NCBI GenBank assembly: GCA_965200965.1
Contig: OZ241744.1
Location: 448,001 to 512,000, forward strand
Direction: 5' to 3'
Source of the DNA: an uncultured Candidatus Binatia bacterium
GTDB lineage: Bacteria; Desulfobacterota; Binatia; Bin18
DNA length: 64,000 bases
The notes beneath the pieces were generated by a model, which worked only from the letters and a program-made list of their open reading frames with translations, ran no database searches and was not told where the DNA came from. Below, piece by piece: positions 17,997 through 26,511 of the stretch; position 1 is the first letter of the stretch, and each line of letters opens with the position of its first letter. A program made the position numbers and the translations under genes.

Positions 17997-19304
17997 ATGG
18001 CTTGGCGATTGACGATGGGCGCTGCATCTGCTGACAACACTGCGCAGGACGGTCGGAACAAGCTGCGGTCCGAAGACCGTGCGGTCCATGACTGGTATCA
18101 GTTTGTGCTGTCTTACCCGCCCCATCTGGTGCGGGATTATCTGGAGCAGTTCGGCCTGCCAGCCTGTCAGACTGTCCTTGACCCCTTTTGCGGGACTGGC
18201 ACGACCCTGGTTGAGTGCAAGAAACTCGGCATTTCCAGCCTGGGGATCGAATCCAACCCAATGGCGCATTTTGCCAGTGCGGTGAAGCTTGACTGGTCGG
18301 TCAACAGCGCTGTGCTGTCGGACTATGCCGGCACGGTCGCCGCGGCGGCCAAGCAGACCCTGGAACGACAGGGCATCAACGCCCAGAAGGCTCTTCCGCT
18401 GCAAGGACTTCCCGCTGAACAGCAGAAACTGCTGCTCAAGGATTCCATCAGCCCGCTCCCCCTGCATAAGACCCTGGTCCTCTTGGACGCGATCGGCCGC
18501 GCTGGCGAGCGCCAGTTGGCACAATACGGCCGCTTGGCGCTGGCGAACGCGCTGGCGCAGCGCATCGGCAATCTGAAATTCGGCCCGGAAGTGGGAGTTG
18601 GCCGGCTCAAGACCGACGCGCCGGTCATTGACGCTTGGCTCGACGGTATGCGGACAATTGTCCGTGACCTGCGGCTCCATGCCGACAGGGCCGGGGTGGC
18701 GGCTCAGGTCCTCAAGGCTGACTCCAGACAAGCCGGCCAACTCCTGGAGCCGCAGTCTGTGGACGCGGTCATTACCTCACCACCCTATCCAAACGAGAAG
18801 GACTACACGCGCACAACCCGGCTGGAGTCGGTTGTCCTTGGCTTTATCCGCGATAGACAGGAATTGCGCGCACTGAAACATGGCTTAGTCAGGTCTAACA
18901 CGCGGGGTGTGTACAAAGCCGATACGGACGATAGTCAGGTTGCCGATCATGTCGAGATACAGAACATTGCCGAGGCCATTGAGCAACGTCGGCTTGTCTT
19001 GGGCAAGACTTCCGGCTTCGAGCGCTTGTACCCGCGCGTGACCAGGCTGTACTTTGGCGGAATGGCGCGGCACCTTGCGTCGCTGCGGCCTGTTCTCAGA
19101 CCAGGGGCGCGGCTCGCCTATGTAGTGGGCGACCAGGCGTCTTATCTGCGCGTCATGATTCGGACAGGGCGGCTTCTTGCCGACTTGGCCCACTCTCTGG
19201 GCTATGCGGTCGTCGGGAGCGACTTGTTCCGCACCCGGCTGTCAACAGTGACCGGTGAGCAGCTTCGGGAAGAGGTCGTCCTGCTGGAATGGCCGGGCGG
19301 CTGA
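17997..19304 (+). CDS. N4-cytosine-type DNA methyltransferase
   Basis: LDPFCGTGTT (motif I) and ITSPPY (motif IV); start uncertain. Confidence 0.85.
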   Translation: MAWRLTMGAASADNTAQDGRNKLRSEDRAVHDWYQFVLSYPPHLVRDYLEQFGLPACQTVLDPFCGTGTTLVECKKLGISSLGIESNPMAHFASAVKLDWSVNSAVLSDYAGTVAAAAKQTLERQGINAQKALPLQGLPAEQQKLLLKDSISPLPLHKTLVLLDAIGRAGERQLAQYGRLALANALAQRIGNLKFGPEVGVGRLKTDAPVIDAWLDGMRTIVRDLRLHADRAGVAAQVLKADSRQAGQLLEPQSVDAVITSPPYPNEKDYTRTTRLESVVLGFIRDRQELRALKHGLVRSNTRGVYKADTDDSQVADHVEIQNIAEAIEQRRLVLGKTSGFERLYPRVTRLYFGGMARHLASLRPVLRPGARLAYVVGDQASYLRVMIRTGRLLADLAHSLGYAVVGSDLFRTRLSTVTGEQLREEVVLLEWPGG

Positions 19305-19692
19305 GGCCAGAGAGGAGTATAGTATTCGTTCTCGGAACCGTTATGCGGCGATTATGGAGGAAATTTTCCACGCCAGGTTCAGACCCGGAAAACGCGAAGT
19401 GGAATTTGCACGAGAAGATATTGCTACTTCCGCCTCTCGACTAAACATTGCTCTGCCGAAGAATCCGGGCGATCTGATCTACAGCTTCCGATACCGGACA
19501 GAACTCCCATCAAGTATTCTGGAGAAAGCGCCCGACAACGAGACCTGGATCATTCGGGCGGCGGGAAGAAGCGAATATAGGTTCGTCTTGGTGAGGGATG
19601 TACCGCTGACACCAAACCCGAACCTCGTGGTTGCAAAGGTCCCCGATTCGATACCGGGAAACATTATCGCCTGGTGCCGCCGGACGCTGTGA
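19305..19692 (+). pseudogene. truncated putative cognate restriction endonuclease
   Basis: NRYAAIMEEIF...LPKNPGDLIYSFRYR...KVPDSIPG directly after the MTase; no clear start, ends abruptly. Confidence 0.55.
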
Positions 19693-19800
19693 CGCCCGAA
19701 GATTTGGGCAGATACAGGCGACGCTTGTCTGACGGCGCGTAACAGGGAGAAGCGGCTTTTGCCCTCTTAGGTGAGGCGCTCCCTCAGAGCGTAGCCGGAA

Positions 19801-19829
19801 TTGACAGCGCTGGGCTGAGGCTCTATGAT
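19801..19829 (+). promoter_or_regulatory. sigma70 promoter upstream of yjbQ-dxr-hpnD
   Basis: TTGACA-17-TATGAT. Confidence 0.7.
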
Positions 19830-20005
19830 CGCCTGGACACGGTCGGGAGAGAGGAAAGATGCCTCTCTTTTTTTGTCGTCTCCTGACCGAGCGGTTAGTC
19901 GCGCGGAACATGACGCGCACCAATGAGACACAATAGCTGCCTCAAAAGCGCCGGGGGGCGGGTCTTGGGAGGAGCTTCGGTTGATAGCGTAAGGGGAGGT
20001 GTTGC

Positions 20006-20494
20006 ATGATTATCCAGTCCAAGACAATCCAACTTGATACAAAAACCCGGGTCCAACTATTTGACCTGACCCAACAGGTGAAGCAGTTTGTGGCTGAGAG
20101 TGGCGTCAGGAATGGTATGGGCGTGGTGTCAACCCTGCATACCACGACCGGGGTCTTTTATACCGAGACCCAGGCTGCGCTATGGGATGACGTGGATGCC
20201 TTCCTGCGCCGGCTTGTGGCCGACAAGACGGGCTATAAGCATAACGATCCGGCCCTGTCCGACTGTGAGCGCAAGAACGCTGCCGCCCATCTGCGGGCCA
20301 TCATGCTGGGCGGCTCGCTGGCCCTGCAAGTGGAAGACGGAGCGCTTGTGCTCGGCCAGTTTCAGCGGATTATTTTTGCCGAGCTCGACGGCCCCCGTCC
20401 CCGCTCGGTGCGTATGCAGTTTATGGGGCTTGGTGACTCGCCCCAGGTCCCTGTCGGTCGCGGACAGCAGTTCGAGCGGCAGAACGGGTTGTAA
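20006..20494 (+). CDS. yjbQ: UPF0047/YjbQ family protein
   Basis: HTTTG, YKHND, NAAAHL, LGQFQRIIFAELDGPRPR. Confidence 0.88.
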   Translation: MIIQSKTIQLDTKTRVQLFDLTQQVKQFVAESGVRNGMGVVSTLHTTTGVFYTETQAALWDDVDAFLRRLVADKTGYKHNDPALSDCERKNAAAHLRAIMLGGSLALQVEDGALVLGQFQRIIFAELDGPRPRSVRMQFMGLGDSPQVPVGRGQQFERQNGL

Positions 20495-20535
20495 AAGAGT
20501 AGAGCGGTTTCGCTCTGAGCGGGCGAGGGAAGGTG

Positions 20536-21711
20536 ATGAGAAAGCTGGCCGTTCTGGGCTCAACCGGTTCCATTGGGGTGACAACGCTCTCTATTGTAGA
20601 GCGGTTTCCCGAGCACTTTCAGGTAGTGGCCCTCGCTGCCGGCCGCAATGTCGCCACATTGGCGGAGCAGGTCAGGCGTTTTCAGCCCGAGCTGGTATCC
20701 CTGACCAATGAAGACGACGCGCGCGCGCTCAAAGACCAACTGCCCCATTTCCGCGGCACAATCCTGTGTGGGTCAGAAGGGCTCCTGGCAACGGCCACCT
20801 ATCCCGAGGCCGACATACTGATGGCCGCCCTCGTTGGAGCGGTCGGACTCCCGCCAACCCTGGCCGGGGTGCGGGCCGGGAAAACCATTGCGCTGGCCAA
20901 CAAAGAAGCCCTGGTCATTGCCGGCGAGTTGATGACGCGCGAGGCAAAACAGTCCGGGGTGAGCCTGTTGCCGGTAGACAGCGAGCACAACGCCATCTTT
21001 CAGTCACTCCACGGTCATCCCCGTGAGCGGCTCAAACGCATTCTGCTGACTGCCTCAGGCGGCCCGTTCCGACAGCGTCCGACCGCTGAACTGGCCAAGG
21101 TGAGCGTTGCAGAGGCACTCCAGCATCCGACCTGGAAGATGGGCAACAAGATCACGATCGACTCAGCGACCCTGATGAATAAGGGCCTTGAGGTGATTGA
21201 GGCGCGCTGGCTGTTTGACCTGACACCCGAACAGGTGTCGGTGATCGTCCATCCCCAGAGCATTGTCCACTCGATGGTCGAATATGTTGACGGCTCGGTG
21301 CTGGCCCAACTCGGGATTCCCGATATGGCCGTCCCCATCTCCTACATTCTGGCCTATCCCGACCGTCTCCCGCTCGATCACTTGCCCGGTCTGGACCTGA
21401 CTGCGGTGGCCCGGCTCGAGTTTTTTGCGCCCGATTTTGACAAATTCCCCTGCCTCCGCTTGGCCTATGCAGCCCTGCGGCAGGGGGGGACGTGTCCGGC
21501 GGTACTCAACGCGGCCAACGAGGTGACGGTTGAGTATTTTCTGAACGGGCAGCTCCGTTTCCCCGATATTGCGGCGCTCAACGAGCGGGTGCTACAGGCC
21601 CACGCTCCCTCTCCGGCAGCCGACCTCGACAGCCTGCTCGAAGCCGACCGCTGGGCCCGCTCCCACGCCCGGCAACTTATCGCGCGTTTACAGCCCGGGG
21701 CGGCGGCCTGA
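20536..21711 (+). CDS. dxr: 1-deoxy-D-xylulose-5-phosphate reductoisomerase
   Basis: LGSTGSIG, LANKE, PVDSEH, TASGGPF, HPTWKMGNKITIDSATLMNKGLE. Confidence 0.97.
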   Translation: MRKLAVLGSTGSIGVTTLSIVERFPEHFQVVALAAGRNVATLAEQVRRFQPELVSLTNEDDARALKDQLPHFRGTILCGSEGLLATATYPEADILMAALVGAVGLPPTLAGVRAGKTIALANKEALVIAGELMTREAKQSGVSLLPVDSEHNAIFQSLHGHPRERLKRILLTASGGPFRQRPTAELAKVSVAEALQHPTWKMGNKITIDSATLMNKGLEVIEARWLFDLTPEQVSVIVHPQSIVHSMVEYVDGSVLAQLGIPDMAVPISYILAYPDRLPLDHLPGLDLTAVARLEFFAPDFDKFPCLRLAYAALRQGGTCPAVLNAANEVTVEYFLNGQLRFPDIAALNERVLQAHAPSPAADLDSLLEADRWARSHARQLIARLQPGAAA

Positions 21712-21757
21712 GCAGTGCAGAGAAGCGCGCGTAGCGAGACAATCCCAAGAGTACACG

Positions 21758-22729
21758 GTGAGTCAGACCCCGCCCCGACCCGAGGAATACGGTCTCTTCG
21801 CCCCCTCTCGTCCCGCGGCTTCGCTTGCCGAAGCCTACGCCTACTGCCGCCGGGTGACCCGCCAGAGTTCCTCAAACTTCTCCTACGCCTTTCGTCTGTT
21901 GTCCAAGGATCGCCACAACGCCTTATGCGCCACCTATGCCTTCTGTCGGTTCATGGACGACATCACCGACCAGCCCGACACGCTGATGGACGCGCCGCCC
22001 CGCCCCGATTGCGCCCCTGAAACCGCGCCCCATACGCGCGCCGAGACCCTCGCCTGGCTGCTCAAGCTGTGGCGGGAAGAACTCGACTATTGCTATAATC
22101 AGAGACCGCGCCATCCCATCTCCCAAGCCCTGGCCGACGCGATCCAGCGTTTCCCGATTCAGCGCCAGCACCTGGCCGGGATTATCGACGGCGTGGAGAT
22201 GGACCTGCACCGGACGCGCTACCAGACCTTCGATGAACTGCGTGACTACTGCTATCATGTGGCCAGCTTGGTGGGGCTGATCTGTATCGAGATCTTTGGC
22301 TACCGTAATCCCCACACCCCGGACTACGCCATGAACCTGGGGCTGGCACTCCAGTTGACAAATATCCTGCGTGACGTGGGCGAGGACGCCCGGCGGGGGC
22401 GGATTTACCTGCCGGCCGAGGACCTAGCCGCCTGCGGCTATAGCGAACAGGAGTTGTGTGCCGGGGTGTACAATGAGGCCTTTGTCCGGCTGATGAACTT
22501 TGAACAGGAACGGGCCAGGGCATACTATCGGCAGGCCACGGCCACCCTGGCCGACGAAGACCGCCGCAGCCTGGCCGCGGCCGAGGCCATGCACTTCATC
22601 TACCGGCGTCTGCTCGACGAGATCACAGCCCGGAAGTTTCAGGTCTTTGGCCGGCACATCCGCCTCAGCAACTGGTGTAAAATCAGGCTCGCCCTGTACG
22701 CTTGGTGGCGGGGCCGGTTCGGCTGGTGA
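21758..22729 (+). CDS. hpnD: squalene/phytoene synthase family (HpnD-like)
   Basis: YAFCRFMDD, YCYHVAS, QLTNILRDVGEDARRGRIYLP. Confidence 0.8.
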   Translation: MSQTPPRPEEYGLFAPSRPAASLAEAYAYCRRVTRQSSSNFSYAFRLLSKDRHNALCATYAFCRFMDDITDQPDTLMDAPPRPDCAPETAPHTRAETLAWLLKLWREELDYCYNQRPRHPISQALADAIQRFPIQRQHLAGIIDGVEMDLHRTRYQTFDELRDYCYHVASLVGLICIEIFGYRNPHTPDYAMNLGLALQLTNILRDVGEDARRGRIYLPAEDLAACGYSEQELCAGVYNEAFVRLMNFEQERARAYYRQATATLADEDRRSLAAAEAMHFIYRRLLDEITARKFQVFGRHIRLSNWCKIRLALYAWWRGRFGW

Positions 22730-22735
22730 GACACT

Positions 22736-23140
22736 TCAGGCCACCGCCTGGAGTGTCTTGCCGCGCGACCCGCTCGGGCGGTCGTGATCAGGGATGCAAT
22801 CGGCAATATTGGTCTTGCCGTAACGCGAGCCCGGAAACAGCGATTTGATGGCAAAAGCCACTTGGCCCATGATCTGCTTCACGCCTGTTGTGTTCTCCGC
22901 ATTGCTGATGGGAGCAAGCCGCACCAAGGCCCCGTTGGCCTTCTTGCAGACCTGGAAAAAGAACTGTTGTTTTTTCCCCGGTTCAATGACCAGGGCTTCG
23001 AGGAGCAGCTTGCTGCAGTCGGTATTGGTGTAATACTCGCTGACCCGCTTAGTGCCGTCCGGGTCTCGGAGAAACATCTCTGGCCGACGAATGATGCTCT
23101 GACGCAGGTCAACCGATCCCAGGATGGTGACATCTGGCAT
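22736..23140 (-). CDS. hypothetical protein
   Basis: GGAGGAGG RBS; protein-like composition; no family recognised. Confidence 0.6.
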   Translation of the reverse strand: MPDVTILGSVDLRQSIIRRPEMFLRDPDGTKRVSEYYTNTDCSKLLLEALVIEPGKKQQFFFQVCKKANGALVRLAPISNAENTTGVKQIMGQVAFAIKSLFPGSRYGKTNIADCIPDHDRPSGSRGKTLQAVA

Positions 23141-23436
23141 CAACCCTCCTCCTTACGCTGACAGGCTGGTCGCAGAGTGCTCAGTCTCCCGTCCCCTTCA
23201 GCGTGTGATATCCTCACCGGCGATGAAGACCATGTGCGTGTCTACCCCTCTCTGTTGAGAGGCCCTACTCCAGCCGTCCTGTGTGCCCCGGTCAAGTCTG
23301 GGCCGTACGGCTCGCCGGGCCACCGAGGGCGATGGGCCGGCCACCACTTTACAGGTCCCAAGGCGAGAGGATATAACCGCACCCATGGGCGGTCCGCCCG
23401 GTCGCTGGACATCTTAGATTGTCAAGGAGGGCCATT

Positions 23437-24666
23437 ATGTTTTCTGTTCCCCCACCAAGCCAGCTGGAGCATACCAGCCCGCACATTACCACAATCGAAG
23501 ACGCCATTGAAGAAATCCGAGCCGGCCGGATGATTATTCTGATGGACGACGAAGATCGGGAAAATGAAGGCGATCTATGCATGGCGGCCGAGGCGGTCGC
23601 ACCTGAGACGATTAACTTCATGGCCAAATATGGCCGGGGTCTGATTTGCATGCCGATGGCCGAGGAGCACACCGACGCTCTGGGTCTGTCCATGATGGTG
23701 GACAACAACACGGCACCGCTGGGGACCGCCTTTACCGTCTCCTTTGATGCTAAAAAAGGTGTTGGGCGGGGGATTTCGGCCGAGGACCGAGCGACGACGA
23801 TTGTCGCCGCAACGCAGGACGGTGCGCGGTCTGAGGACTTTGTCGTGCCCGGCCATGTCTTCCCCCTGCGCGCCCGTCGGGGAGGGGTGTTGGTCCGCAC
23901 CGGCCAGACCGAGGGGGCGGTTGATCTGGCTCGCTTGGCCGGTTTCAAGCCCCTGGGCGTGATTTGTGAGATCATGCGTGATGACGGTACCATGGCCCGC
24001 CTGCCAGACCTGGAAGAATTCGCGGTCACCCATGATCTGAAAATTGCGACCATTGCCGACCTCATTCAGTATCGGCTGCGTCACGACTCTCTAGTCCATC
24101 ACGTTGACGAGGCCCACCTGCCGACGCGTTCGGGAGGAAGGTTTGTCGCCCATGTGTATACCAGCGATGTTGATGACCAGGAGCACCTCGTGCTGGTCAA
24201 GGGCGAGATTTCGCCCGACGAGCCGGTCTTGGTCCGGGCCCATACCGAATATGTGTTTGGCGATGTCTTCGGCTATAGCGCAGCCAACACCAGCGTCCTG
24301 CTCAGACGCTCGATGGAAGTGATTGAGGCCGCGGGAAAAGGGGTGATTCTCTATCTCAGACAGGAGAGGCAGGGGGCGCAACTCCGCCGGGAAAACGCGC
24401 CGCCGGGAAAACGTGGCCGCAAGGGCGCTGACTCCGGGCCGGGTTCGCAGCCGAGCGACTTTCGCGATTATGGGATTGGGGCGCAAATCCTGCGCAGCCT
24501 TGGCGTGCGCAAGATGCGTTTGCTGACCAACTCACCACGGCGTCTGGTCAGTCTGCCTGGCTATGGGCTGGAGATTGTGGAGTGTATCCCGCTGAACGAG
24601 ACCACACCCCCGGCCAGTCCCAAAAAGAATTCGGCGTGTGCGCGCCAGACCCAGGCCTCGGCGTAG
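23437..24666 (+). CDS. ribB: DHBP synthase fused to degenerate GTP cyclohydrolase II domain
   Basis: DDEDRENEGD, TAFTVS, PGHVFPL, GQTEG; C-domain RDYGIGAQIL but Zn-binding Cys missing. Confidence 0.9.
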   Translation: MFSVPPPSQLEHTSPHITTIEDAIEEIRAGRMIILMDDEDRENEGDLCMAAEAVAPETINFMAKYGRGLICMPMAEEHTDALGLSMMVDNNTAPLGTAFTVSFDAKKGVGRGISAEDRATTIVAATQDGARSEDFVVPGHVFPLRARRGGVLVRTGQTEGAVDLARLAGFKPLGVICEIMRDDGTMARLPDLEEFAVTHDLKIATIADLIQYRLRHDSLVHHVDEAHLPTRSGGRFVAHVYTSDVDDQEHLVLVKGEISPDEPVLVRAHTEYVFGDVFGYSAANTSVLLRRSMEVIEAAGKGVILYLRQERQGAQLRRENAPPGKRGRKGADSGPGSQPSDFRDYGIGAQILRSLGVRKMRLLTNSPRRLVSLPGYGLEIVECIPLNETTPPASPKKNSACARQTQASA

Positions 24667-24701
24667 GCTGTGCCACCGGGCGGAGGCTGGAGAAGGACGA
24701 C

Positions 24702-25579
24702 ATGCCCAGCGCTGACGGCTTGGCAAGGACAACCGCGGCCGGCCAGTCGATCCGGGCCGTGGCCGCAGTGAGCACCCGGCTTGTAGATGAGGCCCGCCGT
24801 TGCCACCGCACAGCCCCGACTGCCAGCGCCGCGCTTGGGTCGGACGCTGACGGCCGGCCTCCTGCTGGGCAGTCTGTTGCGGGAAGACGAGACCATCTCT
24901 CTCCAGTTTGTCGGCACAGGCCCGTTGCACGGGATTCTGGTTGACGCCAACGCCCGGGGTGAGGTGCGTGGCTTTGTGTCTCAGCCGCGGACTCATCTCC
25001 CCTCCCGCAACGGCAAGCTCGATGTCGGCGCTGCGGTTGGCAGCGGGACCTTTGTAGTCATGTGCTCTCAGCCCTGGCTCAGCGCTCCGCACCGCAGCAT
25101 TCTGCCCATTGTGTCGGGCGAAATCGGCCAGGACGTGGCGCACTACCTGCTGAACTTGGAGCAGATTCCCTCGGCGGTCAGTCCAGGCGTGTTTGTCCGG
25201 CCCGACGAGAGTGTGAGCGCGGCGGGTGGCTTTGTGATCCAGGCCATGCCCGGGGCAGCAGACGAGCTTGTCGCGCGACTCGAAAACACCGTCACCGGGA
25301 CCCACCCGGTCAGCGACTTGGTGCGCCGCGGTGCCACCCCCCACGATATCCTGCATGAGGTCGTGGGCGCGTTCAGCCTGTCCGTGGTCGAGGAACACGA
25401 GGTGCGGTTTGTGTGCCGGTGCAGCCGGGACCGTGTCCTGGGCGGCTCTGAGTGCTCTAGGGCACGACGAAGTCCGGGACTGGGTGGACAAACAGGGCTT
25501 GGCCGAGGTCACTTGTGAGTTCTGTAACACACGGTTTGCGGTGGAGCGGACTGGGTTGGAAGCGCTGCTGAGAGGCTGA
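24702..25579 (+). CDS. hslO: Hsp33 redox chaperone with two apparent +1 frameshifts
   Basis: LGRTLTA, AAGGFVIQAMPG, CRCS and CEFC Zn motif spread over three frames; shifts at ~24839 and ~25441. Confidence 0.88.
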
Positions 25580-25623
25580 GGCCGACCCCCTGCACCGAAA
25601 GGTCGGCAGGACGCTTCCCCGGT

Positions 25624-26493
25624 TCAGGCCAGTTGTCGCAGGGAGCGCTGCAAGGCTCGCCCCATCACCTCCAGGGGAGCCGGCTGTCCCGTCCACAGGG
25701 AAAAGGCGAGCGCGCCCTGGTGCAGCAGCATCCGTCTGCCGTCCAGTGCTGGACGGCCAACAGCCCTGGCGCGCCTGAGGAAAGGCGTATGCTCAGGCCG
25801 GTACAGCAGGTCGTAGAACAGGCAGCTGGCCGGCGTTGCGGCGTAGGCGAGGGGCGGAAACTCATCGCCGTGGAGACCCACGGAAGTCGCGTTAATGACG
25901 AGCTCTACCCCGGCGAACAGGGCTGGGTCGCGCAGGGTGTCGAGCGGCAGGGCCTCAAGCCGCGTTTTTCCTGCCGGCTGGGAGGCGCGGATGAGTTTGC
26001 GGGCCTTGGCCTTGGTGCGGTTCACAATCTTGACCGCGGCGCACTGTGCCCGGATGAGGGAGACGAGTACGGCCCGGGCCGAACCGCCGGCACCAATCAG
26101 CACGACCTCAGCCCCGCTCGGGGCGAGACCGCTCTCTTGAAGTGAGTTCACAAAGCCGCGGCCGTCCGTATTATCGCCGAACATCTGTCCGTCCTGATGC
26201 ACCACCGTGTTCACCGCGCCGCACAGTTCAGCTTCGGGGCTGAGGGTGTCGAGGGAGCGGATGATCCGCTCTTTGTGCGGGACGGTGACATTGATGCCGT
26301 GCAGATTGAGGGCGCGAATGCCGCGCGTGGCTTTGGCCAATTCGCCGGGGCGGACATGGAATGGGATGTAGACGTAGGGCAGCGCCAGGGCTCGAAAGGC
26401 CGCATTGTGCATGGCGGGTGAGCGGGTATGGGCGATCGGGTCGCCGAAGATGCCGATAATCCGGGTTTGCCCGTCGATCGTCTGGCGCGCCAT
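25624..26493 (-). CDS. aroE: shikimate dehydrogenase
   Basis: HTRSP, NVTVPHK, GAVNT, NTDG, GAGGSARA, MLLHQG. Confidence 0.95.
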   Translation of the reverse strand: MARQTIDGQTRIIGIFGDPIAHTRSPAMHNAAFRALALPYVYIPFHVRPGELAKATRGIRALNLHGINVTVPHKERIIRSLDTLSPEAELCGAVNTVVHQDGQMFGDNTDGRGFVNSLQESGLAPSGAEVVLIGAGGSARAVLVSLIRAQCAAVKIVNRTKAKARKLIRASQPAGKTRLEALPLDTLRDPALFAGVELVINATSVGLHGDEFPPLAYAATPASCLFYDLLYRPEHTPFLRRARAVGRPALDGRRMLLHQGALAFSLWTGQPAPLEVMGRALQRSLRQLA

Positions 26494-26511
26494 AGCTTGG
26501 CGGTCCGGGCC

